From: an uncultured Candidatus Saccharibacteria bacterium
GTDB taxonomy: Bacteria; Patescibacteriota; Saccharimonadia; Saccharimonadales; JAGQNJ01
Length of the DNA stretch: 64,000 nucleotides
NCBI GenBank assembly: GCA_964426845.1
Contig: CAYRSA010000003.1
Coordinates: 6,751 to 70,750, forward strand
Reading direction: 5' to 3'
Shown: in pieces, positions 35,257 to 44,380 of the stretch
Position numbering within the stretch: the stretch's first letter is position 1
How the letters are laid out: every line of letters starts with the position of its first letter
Program-made: the position numbers and the translations under genes
Notes under the pieces: model-generated
Database searches by the model: none
Seen by the model: the letters and a program-made list of their open reading frames with translations, nothing else
What the model was told of the DNA's origin: nothing

Positions 35257-37878
35257 ATGAGTGAGGAGTCAACCAAGCCCAAACGACTGGTGGTTATCGA
35301 TGGTAAGTCGGTTTTTTATCGCGGCTACTACGCCATGCCTAATTTGAGCACAAAAGATGGTACACCGACCGGTGGCGTATTCGGTTTTGCCACCATGGCC
35401 CTGGAAGTTATCCGTAAGTTACAGCCCGATTATGTCTGCGTAGCCTGGGATAAGTCCAAGACCAACATCCGCAAGCGACTAGAAATGTACCCGGCTTATA
35501 AAGCTGGCCGCAAACCGGCTCCTCCGGACTTCAAAGAGCAAATCCCAGTATTGCACGAACTGTTGGATGCCTTTGGCTGGCCTCTTTACGAACTGGATGA
35601 CTACGAAGCCGATGACATCATGGGTACATTGGCTGTTCAGGCCAGAAAGAAAGGCATTGATACAGCCCTGGTCACTAGCGACCTGGATTTACTACAGGTA
35701 ATCAATGGCAACGTCCACGTTTATGCTCTAAAAAAAGGCCTTAGCAACATTGAATTATTCCACCCCGAAAGTTTCAAGGAGAAGTATGGCATTGATGTCG
35801 ATCAGTTCCTGGACCTCAAAAGCATAAAAGGCGACAGTTCCGACAATATTCCTGGTGTACCGGGCATTGGCGAGAAGGGAGCCGTAGAGCTGCTGACCGA
35901 GTACAAAACTCTAGACGGTATATATGAGAATATTGAGCTAATCAAGAACGCCCACAAGAAGAAGCTGATTGCTGGTAAGGACTCGGCCTACCTTAGCAAA
36001 AAACTAGCCGCTATCTGGCTGGACGCACCAATTAAATTGGATTTAAAAGAGGTTGATGGCAGCAAGTGTGACCCAGTTAAACTCCAGCAAAAACTCATCG
36101 ATCTAGAGTTTAAATCACTAGCTCGGCAGTTGCCGGACATTATGAAAATGCCGGAGGAGCTGGAGCGAGTCAAGTCAGTCGACCTCAAATTAGTAGAATC
36201 TTTTGTAGTCGATACGCCCGAGAAATTAGACAAACTTACTCTGCCCAAATCCCAGGAAATTGTGGTCTACGGAACCAGCACTCGCCCACATGGCCAGGAG
36301 CCGCTGACTTTGTCGGTCTCACCAGATCCTAAAACCGTTATCAGGTTTGATATTGCCAAACTTGGGGCCGAGGCCGTAGGTCAGAAGCTCAAAGACTACC
36401 TGGAGCCGGCTAAGTTAATTGGCTACGACGTCAAAGCCACCCTGCAAATTTTGCTGAGCCTGGGTATCAATGCCGAAAAAGTAGGTCATGATGTTTTAAT
36501 TGGGGCCTTTCTGATCAATTCGCTGGGTCGGGGACTAAGCTTGCAGGATCTGGCGGCCGAAATTAACGTCCACCTAGAAGAGGGCGAACTGAAGGATGCC
36601 GAAGTTATAGCCGTAGTCCGGGCTCTGTGGGTCAAACAAGAAAAAGAGCTCAAGAAATTGCCTAAAGTCGCTAAATTAGCTGAGACGGTGGAGTGGCCGC
36701 TAACCCCAGTCTTGGCGCGCATGGAGCACACCGGTATTAAGCTCGATACAGCTTATCTCAAAAAGATGGCCAAAGAGATTGACGACATGATTTCCGACAT
36801 CACCCAGCAGATTTACGGCCACGCTGACCAAGAGTTCAATATCTCTAGCCCCGGGCAATTGGCGGAGGTCTTGTTCGACAAGATGAAGCTACCCACGGCT
36901 GGAATTAAGAAGGGTAAGACCGGCTATTCGACGGCCGCCACCGAGCTAGCCAAGCTACGCGGCCAGCACCCGATTATTGATCTAATCTCCCAGTATCGGG
37001 AAGTCACCAAGTTGAAGTCGACCTATGTCGACACCTTGCCAACCCAAGTTGACGGCAACTCACGCCTACACACTACCTACGCCCTTACAGTGGCCCAGAC
37101 CGGTCGACTCAGCTCTAATGATCCCAATTTACAGAACATACCAATTAGGACTGATTTAGGTAAGCGCATCCGTGAAGCTTTCATCCCGGATGATGGCAAT
37201 GTCTTTGTCGGTGCCGATTATTCACAGTTTGAACTGCGCCTGGCCGCTTACTTATCTGATGACAAGGAAATGATGGACTTGTTTAATAAAGACGTTGATG
37301 TGCATGTGGTCACAGCCGCCCAAGTTTATGGCCGTGAGCCGGAGGATGTCACTAAGAATATGCGTCGCGATGCCAAAGTAGTGAACTTTGGGGTGATGTA
37401 CGGCCTAGGTGCCCACGGTCTAGTCGAGGCTACCGGCATGAGCTATGGCCAAGCCAAAGAGTTCATTGAAAAGTACTTCAAGGTTCGGCCAAAACTACAA
37501 AAATACATAGAGTCGGTTAAAGAGCAGGCTAAAAAGGATGGCTATGTCGAGAACTTGCTAGGCCGTAGAAGGCCTTCGCCAGACGTTAACTCCTCGAACT
37601 TCATGGTCAGGGAAGGGGCCTACCGAGCGGCCGTCAACATGCCATTCCAAGGCACCGCCGCCGATATTATGAAACTGGCAATGATCGCCGTCGATAAGAA
37701 GCTCGACGACGATTGCCTGCAATTGCTGCAGATTCACGACTCCATTCTGGTGGAATGCCCCAAGAATAAAGCCGCCAAAGTCGCTAAATTACTGAAAGAC
37801 ACCATGGAGCACGTCTACAAATTGCCAGTAAAACTAACAGTTGACACCGATATTGGTAAAACTTGGGGTGAACTGTGA
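35257..37878 (+). CDS. polA: DNA polymerase I
   Basis: 5' nuclease domain at the N-terminus. Family A polymerase motifs are present: A (DYSQFELRLAAYLS), B (RRDAKVVNFGVMYG) and C (QIHDSILVE). Confidence 0.95.
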   Translation: MSEESTKPKRLVVIDGKSVFYRGYYAMPNLSTKDGTPTGGVFGFATMALEVIRKLQPDYVCVAWDKSKTNIRKRLEMYPAYKAGRKPAPPDFKEQIPVLHELLDAFGWPLYELDDYEADDIMGTLAVQARKKGIDTALVTSDLDLLQVINGNVHVYALKKGLSNIELFHPESFKEKYGIDVDQFLDLKSIKGDSSDNIPGVPGIGEKGAVELLTEYKTLDGIYENIELIKNAHKKKLIAGKDSAYLSKKLAAIWLDAPIKLDLKEVDGSKCDPVKLQQKLIDLEFKSLARQLPDIMKMPEELERVKSVDLKLVESFVVDTPEKLDKLTLPKSQEIVVYGTSTRPHGQEPLTLSVSPDPKTVIRFDIAKLGAEAVGQKLKDYLEPAKLIGYDVKATLQILLSLGINAEKVGHDVLIGAFLINSLGRGLSLQDLAAEINVHLEEGELKDAEVIAVVRALWVKQEKELKKLPKVAKLAETVEWPLTPVLARMEHTGIKLDTAYLKKMAKEIDDMISDITQQIYGHADQEFNISSPGQLAEVLFDKMKLPTAGIKKGKTGYSTAATELAKLRGQHPIIDLISQYREVTKLKSTYVDTLPTQVDGNSRLHTTYALTVAQTGRLSSNDPNLQNIPIRTDLGKRIREAFIPDDGNVFVGADYSQFELRLAAYLSDDKEMMDLFNKDVDVHVVTAAQVYGREPEDVTKNMRRDAKVVNFGVMYGLGAHGLVEATGMSYGQAKEFIEKYFKVRPKLQKYIESVKEQAKKDGYVENLLGRRRPSPDVNSSNFMVREGAYRAAVNMPFQGTAADIMKLAMIAVDKKLDDDCLQLLQIHDSILVECPKNKAAKVAKLLKDTMEHVYKLPVKLTVDTDIGKTWGEL

Positions 37879-38600
37879 CAAAAAACGTAGCGTCACTTAG
37901 TGATGCTAAAGACATTTCGAAGTTCGGGGGCAAAGCCGCTAATCTAGCCCAACTGTTAGAGCACAAGGTGGCAGTGCCCGAGGGAATCGCTGTTGGTGTG
38001 TCCGGATTTGCTAGTGACGGTAAACTTTTGATCGAGACTCAAGAGGTCATCGAGACTTGGTTAAAAAACAAGCCCAACAAAACCAAGTTTGCAGTGCGCT
38101 CCTCGGCTTTAAATGAAGACGGGCAGAAACAGTCCTGGGCTGGTCAATTCGAAACCTATCTAAAAGTGCCAGCCAACATGGTAGTCGCTAAAGTTGCGTC
38201 TTGTCATAACGCCATAGGAGCCAGAGCCAAGGCCTATGCGGGGGATAAGACCGAGGCTTTTGCGGTGGCAGTAATTGTCCAAAAGATGGTTCAACCCGAT
38301 TACGCCGGAGTCTTATTCACTCGCAACCCAGTTGATGGCTCAAACCAGATAGTTATGGAGTATGTTGCTGGCCTAGCCGAGCAGCTGGTTGGCGGTGAGG
38401 TTAGCCCCGACTCGTGTGTGTGGGACAGGCAAACCAAAAGCCTGGACTCACAACTACCATTCGAAGCCGAGGAACTTATTGATCAAGCCCTGAAAATCGA
38501 AAAAATCTACAATTCACCCCAAGACATAGAATGGGCAATCCAAGATCAGAAGCTCTACATCGTCCAGACTCGCCCGATAACAACCCTGAACAAGTCGTGA
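37875..38600 (+). CDS. PEP/pyruvate-binding (PPDK_N, ATP-grasp) domain protein, stand-alone
   Basis: FGGKAANLAQLL..., FAVRSSALNEDG..SWAGQFETYL, GVLFTRNP and ...DIEWAIQDQKLYIVQTRPITT. The GTG start overlaps the polA TGA stop. Confidence 0.75.
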   Translation: MTKNVASLSDAKDISKFGGKAANLAQLLEHKVAVPEGIAVGVSGFASDGKLLIETQEVIETWLKNKPNKTKFAVRSSALNEDGQKQSWAGQFETYLKVPANMVVAKVASCHNAIGARAKAYAGDKTEAFAVAVIVQKMVQPDYAGVLFTRNPVDGSNQIVMEYVAGLAEQLVGGEVSPDSCVWDRQTKSLDSQLPFEAEELIDQALKIEKIYNSPQDIEWAIQDQKLYIVQTRPITTLNKS

Positions 38601-38625
38601 TAGGCTTATAAGGAGGAGTTCCAAT

Positions 38626-39732
38626 ATGGCCGACCATCAGCTATCAAAATTACTTGAAAGCCAAATTAGCCTGACAGAGTGGCTGGCTCGTATTAATCAC
38701 GATGACGCCAAAGTCCTGAGGGAAGAGGATAATATAAAACGCCAAAGGCTGGGAGAGATTGGTGAAATCATCGAGTTGCCATATGATAAGCCGACCACTT
38801 TTCCTGCTGAAGATGTTGCCAAGCGCACCCCGGAATTTAATAAGTTTCTAGAAGAGCATGGGGGCGAGTTGTGCGCCCTTAGGTTAATACCCAAAAAGGG
38901 TCAGCATGTCGAGAAGCTACGTAACCGCGGAAAATCTATTAGCCAGGCTGTAGGGTGGTTCGACGGCTTGAACATTGATCCTGCACAGTACGATGCTGAC
39001 TTCGTGCCCCATATAAACGATTACTCTTGGGCCACTATTTTTGTGGTTAACAATAAGGGTATCTTCGGCGAAATTTATAAGGGCGGCCATCATATTCTGA
39101 CTCAGGGTTTGTACGAAGGAGCCGCACCAATCGTCTTCGGCTATGACTTTAAGACCAAGCAGTGGCAGACGTCGCCTCAAAACAAAGCCGCCGAAACCTA
39201 CTTAAAGGGCATGACCAGCTATATTCACGTTGCCGACAATTCTACCCAAAGCAAGTTGAACAAAAAAGTTGGTGCGGAGTTTGCCAATGACTACATCAAG
39301 GGCTACTTTGAGACTACCGATTCTAAAGAAGTCGGCACCTGGTTCATTGACTATAATCGCATGCTTGGCCAGCGTTACGAAGATTATGTACTGGATGATC
39401 AGCCAAAGACTAGTGCTCGGCTGGTGCAAGGCCGGACAGCTTGCCAGGGCCGGGTAGAGGGAACAGTCAAGATAATTAATGATCCAGCCGATGCCTACAT
39501 CACCGCCAACGACATATTAGTTTGCTCGATGACCACACCGGACTACATTCCCTTGATGATAAAAGCTAAAGGCATCATCACTGATAAAGGCGGTATTCTG
39601 TGCCATGCGGCGATTGTGGCTCGGGAGTTGAAAAAGCCCTGCATTGTTGGTACGGGTAATGCCACCAAGCTGTTAAAAAATGGCGACTTAATAACTCTTG
39701 ATGCCACGGCCGGCACCGTCGTTAGAAAATAA
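38626..39732 (+). CDS. unknown N-terminal domain (~270 aa) fused to a PEP-utilizing-enzyme mobile (phosphohistidine swivel) domain
   Basis: The C-terminus (ILVCSMTTPDYIPLMIKAKGIITDKGGILCHAAIVARELKKPCIVG) is the swivel domain with its catalytic His. No PEP/pyruvate TIM-barrel domain is present. Confidence 0.7.
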   Translation: MADHQLSKLLESQISLTEWLARINHDDAKVLREEDNIKRQRLGEIGEIIELPYDKPTTFPAEDVAKRTPEFNKFLEEHGGELCALRLIPKKGQHVEKLRNRGKSISQAVGWFDGLNIDPAQYDADFVPHINDYSWATIFVVNNKGIFGEIYKGGHHILTQGLYEGAAPIVFGYDFKTKQWQTSPQNKAAETYLKGMTSYIHVADNSTQSKLNKKVGAEFANDYIKGYFETTDSKEVGTWFIDYNRMLGQRYEDYVLDDQPKTSARLVQGRTACQGRVEGTVKIINDPADAYITANDILVCSMTTPDYIPLMIKAKGIITDKGGILCHAAIVARELKKPCIVGTGNATKLLKNGDLITLDATAGTVVRK

Positions 39733-40276
39733 TCAGCGTGGCAATGGCGAAGTAAATCAGCAGGCTAATGGCGTCCTGGGCGACGGTCACTAGAGGGTCG
39801 GCACCGCTGGCGGCATCAAACTTAAACTTATTAAGAGTGGCAGCTGTGGCTAGGGCGAAAACTGTGGCAGTGGTGATGCTAACCCACATGGCTAGACCAA
39901 CGGTTACAGCGATATCATACGAGCCTAGCCAAAAATAGCTAGCTAGGCCGGTAACGACCCCAAAGACCATACCAATAAAGAAGCCTACAAACAGTTCCTT
40001 AAAAACATACGTACCAAAGGTGGTCTGTTTCTTGGCGAGATTGCGTATATAGATAGTAGCCGTTTGCGTGCCAACTGAATCGCTAACGTAAACAATCAAA
40101 GGGATGAAAAAGACCAGGCGAGTGTCGGCCGACAGGATATCTTCATACCTAGAGACCACAAAGGCCGTGCCCAGGCTTAGTACTAGGCCTAGGAAGAGCC
40201 AGGGCAGGCGAATACGAAGTAGTTGTCCTATATTCTCTGTGGCATCATCTGCATATTGAGGTTTGCGCTTGGCCAT
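39722..40276 (-). CDS. MgtE-type divalent cation transporter, membrane domain only
   Basis: 184 aa with five TM segments. FFIPLIVYVSDSVGTQTATIYIRNL resembles the MgtE/SLC41 TM core. No cytosolic N or CBS domains are present. Confidence 0.6.
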   Translation of the reverse strand: MAKRKPQYADDATENIGQLLRIRLPWLFLGLVLSLGTAFVVSRYEDILSADTRLVFFIPLIVYVSDSVGTQTATIYIRNLAKKQTTFGTYVFKELFVGFFIGMVFGVVTGLASYFWLGSYDIAVTVGLAMWVSITTATVFALATAATLNKFKFDAASGADPLVTVAQDAISLLIYFAIATLIIF

Positions 40277-40347
40277 CTTGCTTATGATTATACGGCATCA
40301 GTCAGGGTATTGCTAAATAGCCACGAGAATGTTATTATATACATGAA

Positions 40348-40932
40348 ATGAATGGAAGGCGACTAATACTGGCAATTGGTGTGGTGGTCTTTGTTGTTAT
40401 TGTATCGATTATCATTTTTCGAATCGATTGGGGTGGTAGCAAAGCCGTCCAAGAAATTGTTCGACCCGTCAACATTGCTGACTACGCTGATACAGACGTC
40501 AAAGTATTGATGTCGACTCGGAGCTACATCAATAGCAACCAGGAACACCAAGTTCTCAATATTACCGTCGGGCGCGACCAAACGGTCGGTGAGTTAATAA
40601 ATGGCTATCAGGGTGACGTTGTTCGCACAGAACGTACCGGTAGCAACCCGACATCTTATAGAGCCTTCTTATCAGCCCTTCATAATGCTCAGTTTACTAA
40701 GTCTCAACTACCGCCAACCGGCGTACAATATGATGGCGTTTGCCCGACCGGCAGTCGCTATACCTTCGAATTTATTGGAGCGGGTGAGGACGGACCAGCA
40801 TCGCTATGGGCCACTAGTTGCGGTAAAAAAATCGGTAACTTTGCCGGCAACCTATCAGGAGTAAAGAAGCTCTTCAATGCACAGCTACCTAAAGAGCAAT
40901 TCGAAGCCCTGACCGCTGACACGCCGTTTTAA
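40348..40932 (+). CDS. membrane-anchored/secreted hypothetical protein
   Basis: 194 aa with an N-terminal signal anchor (LILAIGVVVFVVIVSIIIF) and a two-Cys extracytoplasmic domain. Confidence 0.55.
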   Translation: MNGRRLILAIGVVVFVVIVSIIIFRIDWGGSKAVQEIVRPVNIADYADTDVKVLMSTRSYINSNQEHQVLNITVGRDQTVGELINGYQGDVVRTERTGSNPTSYRAFLSALHNAQFTKSQLPPTGVQYDGVCPTGSRYTFEFIGAGEDGPASLWATSCGKKIGNFAGNLSGVKKLFNAQLPKEQFEALTADTPF

Positions 40933-41168
40933 GCTGAAGCCACAACTAACTGACGGTCGGTATCTAGCAAGTCTTGAAGCTCGTGCAACTGAAACCTTAA
41001 AGAACCGGCCGCGGCCGAGCCGGGCACAGAGATAATTATGCTGTTATCACGTAGTTGCAGGCCCGGAGTGACGTCGAATCTTTCCTGGATAAAGGTGCGT
41101 ATTATCTTAAACTCGGCTGGCTCTTGAGGTAAGTGTTTCTGGGCTAAAATGTCTCCGAGATCGCTCAT
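40929..41168 (-). CDS. small DUF721/DciA-like protein (tentative)
   Basis: 79 aa. The pattern ...FIQERFDVTPGLQLRDNSIIISVPGSAAAGSLRFQLHELQDLL resembles the DUF721 core. GATAAT (41175-41180) lies 6 nt upstream of the ATG. Confidence 0.35.
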   Translation of the reverse strand: MSDLGDILAQKHLPQEPAEFKIIRTFIQERFDVTPGLQLRDNSIIISVPGSAAAGSLRFQLHELQDLLDTDRQLVVASA

Positions 41169-41215
41169 AGGCTTATTATCTCATAGCCAAGCCTGGCCTG
41201 AGTTACAATAGGGGT

Positions 41216-42103
41216 ATGCCAGAGCTTCCAGAGGTTGAGACAGTTCGTTTGGGTCTGCTAACACTATTGCCAGGGAAAACTGTACAAGAAGTCAGTTTTG
41301 ATTGGCCAAAGGGTTTTCCCAATGCTAAGCACGACGTCGATAAATTCTTGATTGGCGGCACAGTCAGTAACGTCCGACGCCGAGCCAAAGTGCTAATTAT
41401 TGATCTTGATAACCAGTACTCGTTAATTATCCACCTGAAAATGACCGGCCAGCTAGTCTTTCGAGCCAATGATGACTCGTCGCGCTTTGGGGCTGGGCAT
41501 CCCAACGCTAGTTTAATCGGTGAACTACCGGACAAATCTACCAGAGTGACGCTGGATCTAGGAGATAGCAAGCTGTTCTTTAATGATCAGCGTAAATTCG
41601 GCTGGATGCGCTTGCTGCCAACCATAGAGGTTCCGGAGATCGATTTTATGCGCAAGCTTGGCCCAGAGCCCTTGGCAGACGATTTTACCGCTACTGATTT
41701 CGCTCAGCGCCTGAAAAGGCGGCCCAATGCTAATATCAAAGCCGCCTTGTTGGATCAAACGGTCCTTGCTGGCATTGGCAATATCTATGCCGACGAGTCG
41801 TTGTTCGCGGCTAGGATTCACCCGCTAACACTGGTCAAGGACCTGTCTAAGTCCCAGATGAACAAGCTCTACCGTGAAATTAGAGCTGTCCTTAAACTCA
41901 GTATTGCTAAGGGTGGCTCGTCTGACCGTAATTATGTTGACGCCGAGGGCCGGCGGGGTAGCTACTTAACTTTTGCTAAAGTTTTTCGCCGTGATGGCCA
42001 GCCCTGCCTAGTTTGCGGTACAATAATAGAGAAATCCAAAGTGGCAGGGCGAGGTACCCATACTTGTCCGACCTGCCAACCCAAGCCAAAAGGAAAATCA
42101 TGA
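41216..42103 (+). CDS. mutM: formamidopyrimidine-DNA glycosylase
   Basis: MPELPEVETV at the N-terminus, an H2TH region and a C-terminal zinc finger (CLVCG...CPTCQ). TACAAT (41204-41209) lies 6 nt upstream. Confidence 0.92.
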   Translation: MPELPEVETVRLGLLTLLPGKTVQEVSFDWPKGFPNAKHDVDKFLIGGTVSNVRRRAKVLIIDLDNQYSLIIHLKMTGQLVFRANDDSSRFGAGHPNASLIGELPDKSTRVTLDLGDSKLFFNDQRKFGWMRLLPTIEVPEIDFMRKLGPEPLADDFTATDFAQRLKRRPNANIKAALLDQTVLAGIGNIYADESLFAARIHPLTLVKDLSKSQMNKLYREIRAVLKLSIAKGGSSDRNYVDAEGRRGSYLTFAKVFRRDGQPCLVCGTIIEKSKVAGRGTHTCPTCQPKPKGKS

Positions 42104-42897
42104 CAACTATCAGTAAGTTTGCGATCCTGCTCAAGCGCTTGATAATCCTTATTGTTCCAATTCTGGTGATTCTGGCCCTGTATGCCACGTTTTTACCGGA
42201 TATATGGAATCGCACAAACCTTCTAGTCGCCATTGTGGCCGTTTGGTTTATAACGGCTTACCTGGCTCTCCCCAGGCTGCATCGGTTCCTGAGTGGAATC
42301 TATGTGCCAGACCACTTTATTGGTCGTAGTCGGACCGCCGACGGCATCCTAAGCGACCCCGTCAATATGGCCTTAAATGGTAGCAGAAAGGACCTGATAA
42401 GCGCTATGGAAGCGGCTGGCTGGACTATCGCCGAAGATATCAACCCAGGGTCCTTATGGCGAGTGATCAAAGCCGTTATATTCAATCAAAGTTATCCTTC
42501 TGCACCGATGAGCAGGGCCTATATGTTTGGAAAAAAACATTCGGTTGGCTTTGAGATTCAGGTCGGGGGCAGCCCGAGGGTACGCCACCACGTTCGTTTC
42601 TGGAAGACCCCGCGTAACTGGTATATGCCTGGTGGTCATCAAGTTGATTGGGTAGGGGCAGCTACTTACGACAAGAACGTTGGTATGTCACTTTTTACCT
42701 TGCAATTTACCCATGCCATTCACGCCAACGCTGATCGCGAAAGGGACTTCCTGATCAAGAGCCTCAAAGACGCTGGCCGTTTATCTAAATCTCGTCATAT
42801 CGATCACTTCTTTAGTGCCTATAAAGCCCGAAATGGCTTCGGTCATGAGTATATTACCGATGGCTCTATGGTTATCGCCGACCTGAAAGGCGAGTGA
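42100..42897 (+). CDS. LssY C-terminal-domain-like membrane protein
   Basis: The ATG overlaps the mutM stop (ATGA). It has two N-terminal TM helices. ...MFGKKHSVGFEIQVGGSPRVRHHVRFWKTP... resembles the LssY_C signature. Confidence 0.55.
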   Translation: MTTISKFAILLKRLIILIVPILVILALYATFLPDIWNRTNLLVAIVAVWFITAYLALPRLHRFLSGIYVPDHFIGRSRTADGILSDPVNMALNGSRKDLISAMEAAGWTIAEDINPGSLWRVIKAVIFNQSYPSAPMSRAYMFGKKHSVGFEIQVGGSPRVRHHVRFWKTPRNWYMPGGHQVDWVGAATYDKNVGMSLFTLQFTHAIHANADRERDFLIKSLKDAGRLSKSRHIDHFFSAYKARNGFGHEYITDGSMVIADLKGE

Positions 42898-43811
42898 TGG
42901 TCATTACTATAACAGGTGACAACCAGCACCGAGCCCGAGCTGAAGCCAACTCTGTTATTGAGGCCTTTGTGACCCAGCACGGAGCCTTAGCTATAGAGCG
43001 CTTTGACGCCTCCGAAACCGAAGTTGAACAAATTTTGAGTGCAGTGTCGTCGACCTCACTACTCAGCCCTCATAAACTAGTCTTCATCCAGGATTTTGAA
43101 ACCAATAAAGCCCTGACCGAACGGACCGAAGAGTTAGTCGAGCAGACCCCGGAAGACACCACGCTACTTATTACTATAGGCAAGCTGGACAAGCGCCTAA
43201 CTTACGGCAAGTTCCTGAAGAAAAACAGTGACTATAGGGAGTTTGCGACGCTTTCACCCCAAGAAATTATTAACTGGTTGGTTGAAGCTGCAGCAGACAA
43301 GGGTGGCCAGATGGACCGCTCGACGGCTCAATATTTAGTGGATTTTGTTGGCGCCGACCAAGAAAGACTGTCCAATGAGCTAGACAAACTTGTTTTATTT
43401 GATCCCAAAATTACCCGGTCGACAATCGACCAGCTCAGCGAGCGCCAACCCTCCAGTACAGTCTTTGAGCTCCTCGACGCCGGCTTTAACGGTCGCCAGG
43501 AACGGGCCGTGAAACTTTACGAAGAACAGCGCCGCCAACAGATGGAACCATTGGCGATAATCGGCATGATCGGTTGGCAGTTACATGTGTTGGCCTTAGT
43601 AAAAACAGGTAAAAATAAGTCGGCGGCCGAGATTGCCAAAGATGCCGGAGTCCATCCATTCGTAGTTCAAAAGTCGATGACCTTGGCTGGAAATATGGCT
43701 CTGTCTAAGTTAAGACAGCTAGTCCACCATGCCGTAGTTCTGGAAGAGCAGATGAAAAGCCGTACTATGAATGCTGACGATGCCGTCAAACACTTCTTAC
43801 TTAGTCTGTAG
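42894..43811 (+). CDS. holA: DNA polymerase III subunit delta
   Basis: 305 aa with a typical HolA N-terminus (...ITGDN...) and C-terminal helical domain. The start overlaps the upstream stop. Confidence 0.75.
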   Translation: MMVITITGDNQHRARAEANSVIEAFVTQHGALAIERFDASETEVEQILSAVSSTSLLSPHKLVFIQDFETNKALTERTEELVEQTPEDTTLLITIGKLDKRLTYGKFLKKNSDYREFATLSPQEIINWLVEAAADKGGQMDRSTAQYLVDFVGADQERLSNELDKLVLFDPKITRSTIDQLSERQPSSTVFELLDAGFNGRQERAVKLYEEQRRQQMEPLAIIGMIGWQLHVLALVKTGKNKSAAEIAKDAGVHPFVVQKSMTLAGNMALSKLRQLVHHAVVLEEQMKSRTMNADDAVKHFLLSL

Positions 43812-43812
43812 G

Positions 43813-44196
43813 TTATTTTTTCTTGGGAGCAGCTTTTTTGGCTGGAGCTTTTTTGGCAACCGGCTTCTTGACAGGAGCTTTCTTAGCAGGGGAGGCCTTA
43901 ACGGCAGGCTTGGCGACCTTTTTGACTGGCTTTAGGCCGGCGGCCTTGGCTTGCTTAGCCAGTTGAGCCTTCTTGCGCGAACCCTTATTCTTGTGCCACA
44001 AGTTCTTCTTAACAGCGGTATCGATGGCGCTTTGAGCCTCAATTAGAGAGTCGTTAGCCTTCTTAGTGTTCTTAGCTTCTAGAGCTGTCTCAAATGACTT
44101 GATAGCGCCTCTGATAGCGCGCTTGGTTTTGCTGTTGCGGACAGCGGCCTTCTCGGCCGTCTTTACGCGTTTTTTAGCAGATTTAATAATTGGCAT
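43813..44196 (-). CDS. rpsT: 30S ribosomal protein S20 with Lys/Ala/Pro-rich C-terminal extension
   Basis: MPIIKSAKKRVKTAEKAAVRNSKTKRAIRGAIK... forms the S20 core, followed by a ~40-aa tail (AKPAVKASPAKKAPVKKPVAKKAPAKKAAPKKK). Confidence 0.9.
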   Translation of the reverse strand: MPIIKSAKKRVKTAEKAAVRNSKTKRAIRGAIKSFETALEAKNTKKANDSLIEAQSAIDTAVKKNLWHKNKGSRKKAQLAKQAKAAGLKPVKKVAKPAVKASPAKKAPVKKPVAKKAPAKKAAPKKK

Positions 44197-44251
44197 ATGG
44201 TTCGAACAATCCTTTACTTTCCATTAAGTCTTTTGTTGTGTTCAGCCCTTA

Positions 44252-44280
44252 ACTATACAAAGAAACATGGTCTTTGTAAA
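44252..44280 (-). promoter_or_regulatory. rpsT promoter TTTACA-17-TATAGT
   Basis: On the minus strand the -35 corresponds to + 44275-44280, with a 17-nt spacer and the -10 at + 44252-44257. This gives a ~50-nt leader with an AAAGGA SD. Confidence 0.6.
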
Positions 44281-44380
44281 CACCCCTGTAAAAAATCTTG
44301 AAAAACTATGGACAAAGCAATGCGCTTATGGTACTCTGAAACGTGAAAGTTCTAAAAACAAAAAATAAACCAAAGAAAAT

